A DNA stretch of 63,424 nucleotides, filler included, from Folioceros fuciformis (Eukaryota), in assembly GCA_049999805.1 (NCBI GenBank). It is 5 parts of 5 records of this genome, joined end to end, with 100 filler letters (N's around TTAATTAATTAA, not from the genome) between each part and the next. Parts side by side here need not be neighbours in the genome. Positions count along the whole stretch, not along the records: positions 43,003 to 54,244 come from JBNGIO010001454.1; positions 54,345 to 58,502 come from JBNGIO010001455.1; 3 more parts are not named here. One strand, given 5' to 3'. The notes beneath the pieces were generated by a model. It had not been told where the DNA came from, searched no databases, and saw nothing but the letters and a program-made list of their open reading frames with translations. Positions 44,527-57,650 of the stretch are shown here, one piece after another (position 1 is the first letter of the stretch; every line of letters starts with the position of its first letter). The position numbers were made by a program, and so were the translations under genes.

Positions 44527-46413
44527 TCACTGTTGGGCACACTGAACTCTCGGTCCAGATGTTTCTTCGTCTTCTTCATAGGCCTCGTGTGCTTCCTTTC
44601 TTCTCATCTCCTCATCGATGTTGACATCATGAAGGGTGGTTTCCTCACACTCGTCCACCTCCATATCTGTCATTTGTCCCCCAGGTCGAGGCAGAATGCT
44701 CTCCAACGCCTTGCCCTGCTCTGGGCTGATGCTGTCCGGAAAGTCCACTGTAAAATGGAGGTACAGCCTGCCCTTCATGAAGGGTCTTTGGTAAAGAGGC
44801 ATACCCTCGTCGTTTATTGCCTTGAAGTGACCGGACTTGACAACCTCCCCGGGACACGTTTTCACTAGGAGCTGCCTCCCGTCTAGATGATTGAGGGCAA
44901 ACTGGAACCCGCACAGAGATTCGGTAAGAGAGAGAGTATGTTCCACAAACAGGTCGTCAGCCTTTCTCTTGAACTTGGGATGATCCTTGAGTTGTAGCAC
45001 GAACACGATGTCTCCCGTCTGTGTGTCCGGCTGTTAAGCGGCCACCAACACGAGTCAACATGTCAGAGAAAATTGGAGGTCCCGATGCAGAGAGACGCAT
45101 ATAAAATATTGACATGACAAAATCAAAAGCTAGTTCAGGGAAGGGCGGGCAAGGCAGCGCACTGCTTCATCGGCTTCTCCCTGGAAGGTGATCTTCTGCC
45201 CATGCTGCATGCCCTTCTCCACGTGCACTTCCAGGAGCTTCTTGTCCTGCACCACTTTCTGCCCTTTGCACTGCCCGCACTTGTCCTTATCGTTGATGGT
45301 CTCACCTGACCGCACAGTTAACCAGCATTCGAGTTCAGCGTTCGGCCTCGGACATGTAAATCTGGCATGGTGGATACTATACATAGACTGGAACATGCCT
45401 CGTAACTCTACCTGATCCCTTGCACTCGGGACACACATGCTGCATCTGCTGTATCATATTCGGCGCAAGCTGTCTGATGGCAACCTTCATGCCCGAGCCT
45501 TGGCATCCAGCGCAGCGGCCTGGGGCACCAGTTTTCGACCCCTTCCTGCAGTCCAAAAATTCCAACCCTGCAGCATGGTGAGCACCGGCGCCGGCACCTG
45601 CACCTGCACCTGCGGGCTAACGCTTGGCAACCTCTGCCATACACAGCCACAAGACCAGAACGCAAACATAGTCGTACCCTTTGCACTTAGGGCAGATAAC
45701 ATTCCTCGCCAAAGACAGCTTCTTGGAGGTGCCATTGTAAAGATCCTCCAGCGTCACCTTCAGCGGATGCACCACATCTTCACCCTTCCGCTGCCTGCGT
45801 CCGCCTCTGCCACCTACAAATCATCACCGCAGTTCCCCGGGCCAGATCCCAGCCTCTCAGTGCTCTGACACCAATCCCTCTCCGTTGTCAACTATGACAG
45901 TACTGTTACAACACCGCCTCCAGACGCTGATCGACGAGAGCCAACCTCCAAAGGGATGTCCTCCTCCACCGCCGAAGAAGGACTCGAAGATGTCAAACGG
46001 ATTGTGCGACGCTCCTCCCCCTCCCAGACCCTCCTTCAGGCCTTCTTCCCCGTACTGATCGTACACTTGTCGCTTGTCTGGATCACTGAGGACCTCGTAC
46101 GCCTGTGCAAGCTCCTTGAACTGGAACGATCACACAGAGTCGGTGGCGACAGTCAGTCGTGAGTTAAATCTGCGACCCTGCCCCCAAATTCCGAGACGAA
46201 GGGAAGCTCAACTAAGAATGAATGAATGAATGCCAATGCAGCCATGTCACCCACCTTCTCGGGATCTCCTCCCTTGTCGGGATGGTTTTTGATGGCTGCT
46301 TTCTTGTAAGCCTTCTTCAACTCATCCTGGGAACAATTCTTGGAGATGCCGAGAATGTCGTAGTACCTGCAATTATCGGGTTTCTTGGACGGCATTGCAC
46401 CGCTACCAAACAT
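44527..46413 (-). CDS. Type-I DnaJ (ATJ2/J3-like), copy 2, complete, with CaaX end (CAQQ)
   Basis: J domain with HPD, four CxxCxG zinc motifs, C-terminal RVQCAQQ. The intron positions visible in copy 1 are shared. Confidence 0.95.
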
Positions 46414-46906
46414 GAGTCGCCGTTGGCTGTTAAGTTGGCTTCATCGCATTTGCATGCGCTCTGGAGATTGTGTTCGTTGAGACAAAACCCCACGGGCAAC
46501 GGCACAAGCGATGTGCATACCATTAACGACCAGGCCAAGTCCCAAGGCCGGGACATTTCACGGCGGAACACGACTACCTCGGTACACACGCTCTCAACAT
46601 TCTCACGCGGTTAAGGTAACTGGCCGGGTTTCACCGACAAGGCAACAGGCCCGAGCAGAGCCTGCACACCAAGCTTACCCCAAACACGTAGCCCTGGCCC
46701 ACCAACCCATCCAATGGGGCTCGCCTCATAAATGCACGGTCGACAGGGCATTCATAAAAGCCACGGTTACCAGACTAATCCAATGATCTTATAGCTTAAA
46801 ATTATTAAACACTTCAATACATCAACGGTACAAGAATAGAGCATTTTCTACACTACACATATTTTCAAGCTATATAGTTGCTGCTCATCCCATGCACTAA
46901 ACCAGC

Positions 46907-47278
46907 CTAAACACCCAGGGAAGATCTACAAAGAGGACACTTTCGTCCTCCATACTTAATGATCCAAGTGTCTAAGCAGGTATGATGAAATATATGCGAA
47001 CATCTGGATTTTCTCACTTGCACATCCTCCTCAAAGCCTTCTTGGCAGATGCAGCACATTGTCTCCCAGTAGATCTTCTCTTTCTTATACAATGTCTTGG
47101 GTATGATTCGATTTATTTTGGCCAAGCGATCTTTATACGGAGCAGACGATACCACATAGTTCTCCCCAAGGGTTTCACGTTCATCGTCTGCGAAAAATCT
47201 ACCCAAACAAGAACATGTGCATGCTGATGTAGCAAGCCCAATTCCAATTGCAAACAAGGTACATATCTCGAAAATCAT
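46907..47278 (-). CDS. Small intronless TM + RING-H2 protein (ATL-like E3 ligase)
   Basis: Hydrophobic N-terminus and CCICQE...RCSHIFHHTC..W...CPLCR. Confidence 0.8.
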   Translation of the reverse strand: MIFEICTLFAIGIGLATSACTCSCLGRFFADDERETLGENYVVSSAPYKDRLAKINRIIPKTLYKKEKIYWETMCCICQEGFEEDVQVRKSRCSHIFHHTCLDTWIIKYGGRKCPLCRSSLGV

Positions 47279-48119
47279 TGTGTCATGCACTTTGTTCTTG
47301 TGTGTGTGCAAGTGTTGGAGGAGGATAACAGAAGCAAATATTTTAGACCTTACTTAACATGAAACAAAGTTATAACTACAAAGATCAAGATTTAGAGATG
47401 CACAAACAATGAAGAAGACACAAACAATGAAGAAAACATAAGTGTGCATGAGCAGTGAATGATATAGACCACCACATATATAGGAGGATAGCTCTTATTT
47501 TCGAGATGATTGAAATTCAAGATATTAGAATATACTATAATGAAGAGAGATTGAAACTCAACTAAGAATTTATTGAAACTAATTTAAGATATAATTACTA
47601 AAAGTATGAAGGATGATAACAGGATACCACCATTAATTCATTCAAAAAATTAGAAGTGACTATATATGGTCGCAACGAAACAACAAAATTTCAGTTACCT
47701 ATGTAGGCACTCACTTCCTATCTAAGACTCGTTTGACCATTGTTTTTCCACTAGCACTACGGGACCACCTGCTTAGGTGGCTACGTCCATTATCTCGTTG
47801 TTTTGGCACGAGAAAATATTCCTGATCGGCTTGAGCAAGTTTCAAACCCCATATTTTTATGTACATATCTGCGTTCACTCCGGCCTGCTCCTTTCCTTTC
47901 CGCGCCTGGCGGCCAGACTGATACAAAACGTTGATGCCCACACCATAGGCAATATACAAACACACCTGAAACAAAAAAAACGAGTGACGTATCACATGCA
48001 AATCAGGTTTCGATCAGAGCTAGAGTAGCTATCGGCCAACTGACATCGAAACCTTGTGTTGTCAATCCAGAAATGCACCTACCGGAGCCATGACAATGGA
48101 ATTAAGGAGGGAGGATGGG

Positions 48120-49846
48120 TCAGGGCTCCAATCCTACGGAGCTCGAAAAGCTACTGATGCAGATGGCAAACGCTTGGACAGCAGTGAGGGGGAAGGCATA
48201 GTCCATTGTGTACAGGCCCTTTCCAATCTTGCCAAGCTGAAGGACAACGACGGCATCCCTGCGGAGGTCTTCCATCTCCTTCCTCGCAGCGCCAGATCCG
48301 CAGAAGCCGTCCACAACAAGCTGGAAATTGTGCAGTGATGGCAGCGACGCGCGGCCCTTGAAATCCAGCGACCAGCAATGTTGGTGCGGATCCCACTCGG
48401 GGATCTTGCTGCTCAGGGCCACAATAGATCCGGGGTCTTCGCGCTTAGGCGGGTGCTCTATCCTGGAGCTGGTAACGAGGGACTCGAACTTAGCAATCTT
48501 CTTCCTGCGCGTAGCGGCTAGCATCATCTGGTACTGCGCTTCGCCGTCGGGCTGATCTCCGTTCTCCAACAGGCCGACTTGCGGCGCAGAGTTCCGGGTG
48601 CCGACAAAGGGGAAGCACCCTGTTAGTGGTAACCACGGACGGCGAGGAACCTGCAAATCTAGAGAGTGAACGGAAGAAGGCACCACCGGTCCGCCCAGGG
48701 AGAGTGAATTAGATCTTGAAAGAACCCGGATGCTGGAAGACCTTGAGCCTGAAATGGCCTGCAAAGTTTGAAGCAGCGGAGATACAGGTGTCATCACAGA
48801 CGTCATTACTCAGCTTGCTCAGAAACTGCTTCAGACATTGAGTGAAAATCATATAAGGCACGGTAAGCGAAAAAAAAAAAAGGCTTTCGTGGCAAGCTCT
48901 GGCAGCTGCGTCGAAAAGCCGCACGAGCGAGCAAGCTGTGCAGAATCCTTTGACCTCATCATGTTCCCAGCTCTGACAGGAAAGGGAAAGAAGAAAAAAG
49001 GACGACTTTGTGAGACATCCTTGAACGCGTGATTACCTGGAGTGACTTGGAAAGGCTGCGACACAGTGCGGTCTGGCAAGACCAGGAGAAAGACAGCGAG
49101 CGCGGCAGGGGAAACGGAAGCGATAACTCCGGAACGCAAGCAGCGGCTCCAGATCCGGGAGGGATCAAGACGCAAGCAATCCGCCTCTGCCGCACGCCTT
49201 GGATGACATCCTCGGAGAAGTAGACGCCGGTAAGCGGCATAGGCACAGCTGGGGCTCGCGCTTGAGAGTGCTTCCCCTTGGCATCCCAAAGCACAAACTC
49301 TGAAGACCAGAAATTGGCCTTGAGCTTCCCCATGAATGCGTTGCCGCTCTCGCGAAAGCACCGAGGCTGGGAAGAGATGACATAAACTGCTCCCCCCGGC
49401 CTCCACTTCCTCCGCGCTGCCAGCATAAACTGCCTGTGATCGCCGTAGTAGAGCGTGATAACGCGCCGCCTCCTCCTCAAAATGCACTGCACAGGCGCGT
49501 CCCCGGACGCGACCAGCATGTTCGGCCCGGGCTGCGAGAGGCTGGAAGGGAACTGGATGTAAGGCGTGGGGCAGATCATGTGGCAGAACTGGTGCACCAG
49601 CCTCCGCCAGCTGCGGCAAACCCCGGCGCATGCAACAATCCTGCGGCCTTCCCCCGGCTCCCCCCGCCGCTCCTGCACCTTGTGCAAAATGAGGGAGAAG
49701 AGTTCGGGCGCGATGCCGGCCCAGTCCCGCTGCTCCTCCACGAGCGGATTCTGGTACCAAACAACCATGGCAGAGCCGGAAGCGCAGTCGGCCAAGCCCG
49801 AGCCTTGGGCCGCGCCGACGCGCTTCACTCCGTGCGCGCACAGCAT
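48120..49846 (-). CDS. Divergent tubby-like F-box protein; intron 48759-49036, start Met uncertain
   Basis: F-box WAGIAPEL...VACAGVCRSWR; tubby motifs FPSSLSQPGP, GKLKANF, CWSLDFKGR...NFQL, LQLGKIG..YTMDYAFPLTAVQAFAICISSF. Confidence 0.88.
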
Positions 49847-51155
49847 GATCTCTTATTCCAGATCACAAAATGCAGATCCGCAGCAATCGCATCATATCAC
49901 CACAGGACTGAACAAACCATACAAGATGAAAACAAATCCGCCAAAAATCCACACTCCCCGAGCTCGCCTCGTCCTGATCCGAACCCTGGCTCCACACACA
50001 GGCAGCACGAGATTGCGCACCTCCGCAGCGAGCCACTCACTCCCCGTGCATCAGCGCTGCACCACACCACAGCAAATGGAAGCGGAGCGAAGGAGCGCAC
50101 AGCACAGCGCAGAGCAGAGCGGAGCAATATCGAGTGCGATGGCGGGAGCGATTGTTCTAAGCAGAGGCAGAGCAGGGACGGGGAAGGCACTAGCACAGAG
50201 AAAGACGAGACCGAATGCGGGGACAGCGCCTGGAGCGGGCAAGCGCATTTTGGCGAGATGATTACGCCATTGCGGAGCAGAAGCAAGGCGCGCTAGGCCT
50301 TGGACGCCGGAGTGCGAGAGAGCGGTGTGGCGAGCGGGGCCGGCGAAACTGGCGCAAAGTACGGGGGCCACGAGCGAGGCGCGAGAGAGCCGGTGCAGGT
50401 CCTATCCGGCGTTTCTCATACTGATCTCGGCCGAGACCGGGGTCCAAGGTCCAGGCCCTGGGCCCAGGCTTCCCTCCTTGCTCCAAGCTCGCCATGGGAT
50501 CCCATTGCATCGTCTGGGCCCAGCCCCGCAACATGGCAGTGGCAGCCTGGAAATTGTAACCGCCATCCCCGCCCTTGCCTTAATAAGTTGGTGAGTCCTG
50601 TTCCACCTGCGCAAGTTGCTTCCACCATGGACTCTCCAGCCCTGCACTTCCCATATGGGCGGCTACCCAATTCTACCCCAACAGCGATATCTCAACCAAC
50701 GTCCTACTAGCCGGCGCCGAGGTCCTTGGTAAGCTTATCATATACCAAATATTTTATGAATAAGGTTTGTACGTGACTGACCGGATTCAGCATGGAGGCC
50801 AGCAAAGTCAGCAATATATACCCTGTGTGGTCAATGAAAGGATGATAATTTATACCAGATCCAACAAGTGAGTTTTAATTTATTGTTGTTCCAATGCTGG
50901 TCTCCTTGAATTCAACGCCAGTGTACGCTTCTACACAAACTACACCCTAAACCCTAAACTCAACTACAACTAGAGAGGAAGATAAACCATGATAGCCACA
51001 CTATGAGCAAAGCACTTAAGATTGAGTAGTTTATAAAAATAAAAAAATGACCAAATAATCATCAAACCACATGATCTTTTTGCAAAGCCCATGATGGACT
51101 AACTCTTTTTGAATGTGTTCACATAAACTGTGGTCTTTTTTGTATGTAATAATTA

Positions 51156-54100
51156 TCATATTCGTTCTTTTGATATCTTGATTACAAAGCTATCAGCTAG
51201 AGGGTTCTTTCCATTAAACCCACCTGTTACTAAGATTTCATCAGCACTTATTTTCACAGCTTGATGATTGTACCTGGCAGATAGTTGTGCTGGAGACCAT
51301 AGATTTAAGTCAGAAAAGTTGTATTCTGGTTCTGAGCGCAACCATTTTAAATTCCTTGTTGCTCCAGGTGCACCTCCCACCATGCTTGCCAATTCAAGCA
51401 CTAACCTGTGTGAGGAAGACATTTTCATGGATGACGCCAAGAAATAGTGTTGTCACCAAGCCCATGAAGCATAGAAAGTAAGTAACCCAGCTTAGCTTAC
51501 AATTCATTGCTTGCTCTCCCTCCAAGCTTGATTCCACCATAGATGAATACTCGAGTCCCGAGAGCTACTGCTATATGACCAGATCGCCCTTCATGTTCCA
51601 CTGGAGGTACAAGGAGTGATATTTATAATTAAGATCGAATTGTGTTGCTAGACTCATAGTCTTGGATTATTAAGCTTAGAGCTTACATGTCTGTAATGGG
51701 GTCCTATTTTCATGTCGAACACAGTAAGAACAAAGTGGATTTTCAATCTCACAGTGTTCCAATTCCGGGCATAGTTGGATACAAGAGCAATCCAAATCTA
51801 GTATTTTCTATAATATTTATTGATACAAAGTTAGAATGGTAATATCTTGCTAAAAAGAATGTACATGATGGAGCTATTGAGTGGATGTACCTTGAGTTGT
51901 TGATAAGTTTGATCAAAATTATCATTCACTAAAATGTGATCAAACAACCACAAGTTTTGGCCTTCTTGGAGTTCTGTTCTTGCACTTCTCAACCTCTTCC
52001 TTACTTCCTCTTCAGTCTCTGTGCCCCTGAACCATTGTCAGAGATGTGTGCACTAGGATGGCCTAGAATTGCTTCATGTACAAACTAGAATCCTAAGTAA
52101 GGGAACAACAAGCAAGTTATGCGATAAAGTCTCACCTTCCACGAATGCGATGCTCCAGCTCCTCGTATGTGGGAGGTGCTATGAAGATGAATAGAGCACG
52201 GAAAGAACTGTGCTTGACTAGCCGAGCCCCTTGCACATCTATATCCAAAAGACACCTCTGCATTTCACAACTTCTGCGTTTTTAACACGACACAAATTTT
52301 GGCACCAAGATACTGAATGAGCAGAAAAAGGTCCATGGATGAAGGTAGGTGTTCACTTGTTGGGCGCTTCCCACAGCCTCGATGGCGGCTATACTTGTGC
52401 CGTAAAGGTTGCCGTGGACTTCTGCTGACTCGAGAAACTTTCCGTCCTCAATATCAGCTTCCATCACTTCGCGTGTCGTGAAGTAATAGTGAACTCCGTG
52501 CACCTCCTGCTCTCGAGGCTGGCGGGTCGTGTGGCTCACCGAGAACCCAAACCTATCTGGGAAGTCTTCTATCAACTTCTTGATAAGTGAGCTTTTACCG
52601 ACGCCAGAGGGCCCGCATAGGACTATGGGTTGGGGAACCTCACCAATAATCCCCTTGCTCCAGGCTACAACGTCAGTTCCTGCCAGTTCCTCTTGGGTTC
52701 TCACAAATGGAGTGTTTATCTGTGAAGGGCGATCGAAGAGGAAACCTCAGTCCCAAGCGCATGCACAGGAGCAACCACATCAAGAACGTTCTTCAGAAGT
52801 TATCATGGGTGGCGGAAATGCAGTCAAAGACCTCCAGGAACCATATATCTTTTTCGTGGTCCACACCATAGCCTCCGTAGATCATAATTCGCTTGCCGTG
52901 ATCAACCACACAAGCAGCATGCGAGCAGCGAGGTGATGGAGGTGTACCAATCACCTTTGGAGTTATCCTACATACCCACAGTAGATACTTTGTCATGGAA
53001 GGATCAGGTGGCATCCGATTTGCAGTCAGTCACAGATTGATCAGGACTGGTGTCATCTCCTTATAACCCTAACTTACCATGTCCCTAAGAGGGTGTCAAG
53101 AATGTGTACATCGTTCAGCGGAACACCTTCACCATAACCACCAAACACAAACTGGAACAGGCAGACAAGTTCCAAGGTCATGTCACCACACTTTGTTCAC
53201 ACCAAACCACCACGTTTGCACAGTTTGAAGCAGCACACCAAGTCCAAGTGCGCAAACCAGGTCAGGTAATTACAATTTTCGTTCCAACTACGGTAGCTGT
53301 GTGAGAGCAGCGGGCACAAGGTGGCCTTCCATGCAACGAGGGCGTACTCCACACAAAAGTGTCGCCATCGAACTCCAGAATTTCAGCCTGCAAACAATTG
53401 CAGCACGATTCTCAGTTGCTAGCGCTCCACGCCACGGCTGTGCACAAAAGCAGTGGTGGACCTTGTTTTCGCAGACTCTACTCACTGTTTCCCGTGGCGG
53501 CATTGGACTGTGGGACCTCCGCGCGTTCTGAGATGCATGCATAAGTAAGGAGCCGCTGGACACTTGTGTTCCCACTAGATGGCCTCCAAATACAAAAATG
53601 GATCTGCCAACACCTACAATCAAGAAAACGATTCCATGGATGCTTCACCACATTGTGCTCCACATCACGCTCTACGCCACGTTCACAAGGTCACCTACCG
53701 CCCCATTTACCTGAAGATGTATGACTCCATCGTCTATGAGTTGTGGCTTGGGAACTCCGCCCATCCTCACAAGTAGCACCCACCACTCTCCACGAAGTCA
53801 GCGATTGATCCAGCACGTGCACATCCAGCGACTCCGACACAATTCCATCTCCCCCCATAACAAACACCTGACGTGAATTTCACACCACACAGGGGAGCGT
53901 GAAAACCACAATTCTGATGCTGCCTTCTCCGCAACTGCCTCCCCATTTGCCTGTCTCCGGTTCCCACCTTGGGGTACCTCCCGTCGCTGCTCTTCAGAGC
54001 AGTCAACGAGTGGGCATACTTCGGAAGAAGAGGACGGGACTTGGCGACCGGTCTCCACGAGTAGCGAACCTTGCCGCAGGCTTGCCATTCTCTAAACACC

Positions 54101-54244
54101 TGCAACACAACGCCGAAACAGAAGTGTGATCAAGGAAAGGACATCTGCGGGGCAGCAAGATCCAAATTCCAGACCCGCATTCCCGATATCCCACCTTGCA
54201 AGCAACGAAGCTGACACCCAGAGCAGTCAAGGTGACGGTGAGCC
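51156..54244 (-). CDS. Kelch-repeat guanylate kinase, multi-exon, 5' end cut by the gap
   Basis: GK domain [37 protein letters not shown]. Four kelch repeats precede it and two follow it. Confidence 0.9.
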
Positions 54245-54344
54245 NNNNNNNNNNNNNNNNNNNNNNNNNNNNNNNNNNNNNNNNNNNNTTAATTAATTAA
54301 NNNNNNNNNNNNNNNNNNNNNNNNNNNNNNNNNNNNNNNNNNNN
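54245..54344. other. Assembly spacer
   Basis: N-run with TTAATTAATTAA. Confidence 0.98.
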
Positions 54345-55150
54345 TTACGCAACCCTGTTAGCCAGCTAGACCACCCTGACATATCCCATATTCCCGATCC
54401 TAGGTTCAAACAATTATTTAATACTATCTATCTTTAATTAATATTAAACCAATCACCAAACCTAAATTCAAACCTTCCTGACCCTATGGTCCGGTACAAG
54501 ACCTAAACTTTCCCAAGTTTGGGACCAAACCTATACCCACCTTTATAACCAAACCATTATTTAATGATTAATTAACCTAATTAGCAGAAGGAAAAATAAC
54601 CAAAAAATAAAGAAAATTAGGGAAAATAAGTAGAAAAATTTAACCATACCACTATTAACCCTTTTTCAACAAAAACAAACCACTATCCCAAACTTTGGAG
54701 GTTCACACCTTGTTATGCGACCTATAGTGCTCACCATCTGACCTGAACGCGCAGGTGAGCTGCTCGATACACCTCATGATCGGTGCCTCCTTGCCTTGCG
54801 AGTCTCGTCGTATAGGCTTTACAGCTCTTCACATCCGAGCCAAGCTTGTAGCTCTTGTCTGCCGCCGGTTGGTCGAGGGCGTCAGCATGCGCCATGGCTC
54901 CCCCTTTGGCTCCTTGTTGACTTGCACACCTAGAGCCCTTGGGCGCTCACATGCACGTCTAGTTAGCTTGGGCAGATGACATCTCAAAGTGCAGCGCTAT
55001 GATTTGAGCAGTGCTCTTAAGGCATCGAATCTTCGAGGCCGCATGAGCTCCCGTGGCTACCCAGTGTCATTCATGTTGGTGGCTTCCCAATCCTCATCTT
55101 TGTTGTTTGGCTGCACGCCCTATCTACCTCCCATTGGTTCGTGCTTAGTT

Positions 55151-55330
55151 CAAGAGGGGGTGTCAGCATACATAGTGGTTATACATGTATGTATTAAATA
55201 AACTCACACGAAGCGACATGTTAGGTAGGAGGTTGTTATGGCTGGCTATTTCCTAGGACAAGTTTGTTGGTATTTAAGAACATGACTGTACAAGGAATAA
55301 TGTAATCTATTATTTTGTTGTAAGGCATCT
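55151..55330 (+). mobile_element. Possible PPT/LTR junction of a decayed LTR element
   Basis: AAGAGGGGG followed by TGTCAG and AT-rich LTR-like sequence. Confidence 0.25.
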
Positions 55331-56399
55331 TCTTAAGTTTCTCCTACTCCCTAGACTTGGATTACTCATAGATCAACTTCTGGCCCGGTTGCTAGGAGAG
55401 CAAGAGCAAGGGCTCATGGGCACCAACTAGTGCATGGTGCTTTTGAGGATATGTTTGACGAAAACCCAAAGGAAGCGATGAAGAGGAAGAAGAAGAAGGG
55501 TATGCCCGGCTAGCATTGGCTAATCCTTGACTTGAGGCTGCTAGCATAGTATGACGGTCCATGTTGCATGAAGAACATGGGCGCGCCACGGTACCCTGTA
55601 AGTTTTGTATCCTCTAGACCCACTATTTGAAATGAATCAAATATATGTAGAAAACAAGGTTTTTTGAGAACAAGTAGTATCAATGGACATTCAGAATCAT
55701 GTGTGGTCTAAGATCAAAAACATTTGTGTCTCATCATATCATTCCCAATATGATTGCACCGTGAAGAGTGCATAGCGTGCACCTATTACCATCATCAAAA
55801 ACTAGCAAAAAAAGCGGACGATTGCGAAAATAGCCATTTACTATCTGGATTTTGAGTAAAACCCAATTTATGTGGACAGACTCGATTTAATTTAGACCTT
55901 GTTTAAGGACTTATTCACACACATCTCAAGTCAACCAAGTTATTAACAAATATGCACATACTAATGTTTTTTCCCTTGAGCAATTTAGTGTGACTACATG
56001 GTCTTGAAGAAAATGATGAAGTATGTCACACACGGCCCTATCCTATGAGGAAGAAATTAAAAATGTATCCCTCACCTATGAAGAAAAAAAAAAGTATCAT
56101 AAAAAGAAAGAAATTGATGAGGTATCGTAGAAATTTCTATTGTAGTAGGATGCGTTAAACACATTAGTAATTTATTGGCAAATAAGTGATAAGCTGCATC
56201 AAATGCACCCTAAACTTATTGGTACATGATTGGAGTCAATCATCTTGTACTTAATACATCGTATTGGGGTCATTAGTTAATGAGTACTAACTTAATGACT
56301 ATTCACATCCCACCCGCCCTATAAATGCATTATCATGCAATTACTCATCTTTACAATTGGGTTTCGACTCACATTAAGACACCATGTTATTAATGATCT

Positions 56400-57650
56400 T
56401 TACAATTGGGTTCTTGCTCCTATTAAAACACAGTGCAGCCTCGACCTCTATGCTCATCATGTTCCAATTCAACTTGGTGTCCATAAGAGCAATTCTTTAC
56501 CACCTTACTTATTTGAGTTGTACATGGATGAGTTGAAGACTTGGCTCATGAACTCTAGTGATCCAGGTACTCATCTATTCCTGGAGAATATTATGTAGAT
56601 GATATTGTGCCTCTTTGGCATTCTCCAAACAAACTCTAACAACAACTTAATGTTCTCTCTACTTTTTGCAAAGCTAAAGGCCTTCCAGTTAACCTTCACA
56701 AACCCAAGATCATGTGTTTTAACTCTAAATATTTTTGCAGGGATAGAAAATTTTATTTTGATGGTAAGGTGGTGGAGATAGTCTACCCACATGCATATCT
56801 CGGTGTCACACTTTTTGCCACATGAGTGCATACCTTGGTATCATGCTTTTTGACCCTAAGTTTAATTTGTCCTCTTCTGCCTCTTCCTTTTTCACCAAGG
56901 GGATAGGTTCTATGGTTGCTCTACGTCGTGCTTTACATTGCATGATAACTACGGATACCAACCTTCGAAAAAACGACTATTTCAAACAATGGCTATCCCT
57001 TCTTCTCTACTTGGCATTGAAATTTGGAGGCGTGGGCCCTCGTCTTCTTCTTGGGTAAGGTGGAAATAGTTTTGTCCTCTTTTCTCCACTCCCACATTGT
57101 TTGTAAGCCTTCTTACCCATCCTTCTTTTCTGAATTTGCTACTTTCCCTCTTGAACTTTATAGCCTTTTTCACTTATCTTCTTTCCTCAATCACCTATAC
57201 CTTCTTCATTTGACTAAACCCAATCCTACCCCTTGCCATCTTCTTGCTTATGGGTCTTCTCGCTCCATATGCATAGCTTAATACCAATTCTCGAGCTTCT
57301 TTTTCCTAGCTCGCCCTATATGCTGCTTGGCTCCCCAAATTCGGGTTTAGCCCTTCTAAGCTTCTTGCTTGGCCTACACCTTTTTCCTCTACCCCACCTA
57401 CTCATCTTCCTCCCAATCTGCCAGGACTTTCAGTTGTCTCATCTATGCCTTACTAAGAACCCCCTCTCATTTATCCTTGCCCTCTCACCCAAGCTTTTTT
57501 TCTTCAAAGTTGAGTTTCACATCATTTCCCACTCAGCTTCCTTGTCCTTCCTCGTTACACTAGTTCTCCTCTCTCTTTCACACTTTGCACTCTTATTGGT
57601 CAATTTTGTGTAAGCTTCCATCATCTGCATATTGAGGCTGACTAATGGCT
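56400..57650 (+). mobile_element. Decayed non-LTR (LINE) reverse transcriptase remnant
   Basis: LGVHKSNSLPPYLFELYMD (resembles GVxQGxxLSPxLF), YVDDI near 56593, YLG, and a C-terminal VSFHHLHIE-like motif; many frameshifts and stops. Confidence 0.6.

Noticed and set aside
49436-50710. Long plus-strand ORFs (286 aa, 231 aa) over the tubby gene 5' region
   Set aside because: These are GC-rich antisense and UTR frames without domain motifs.
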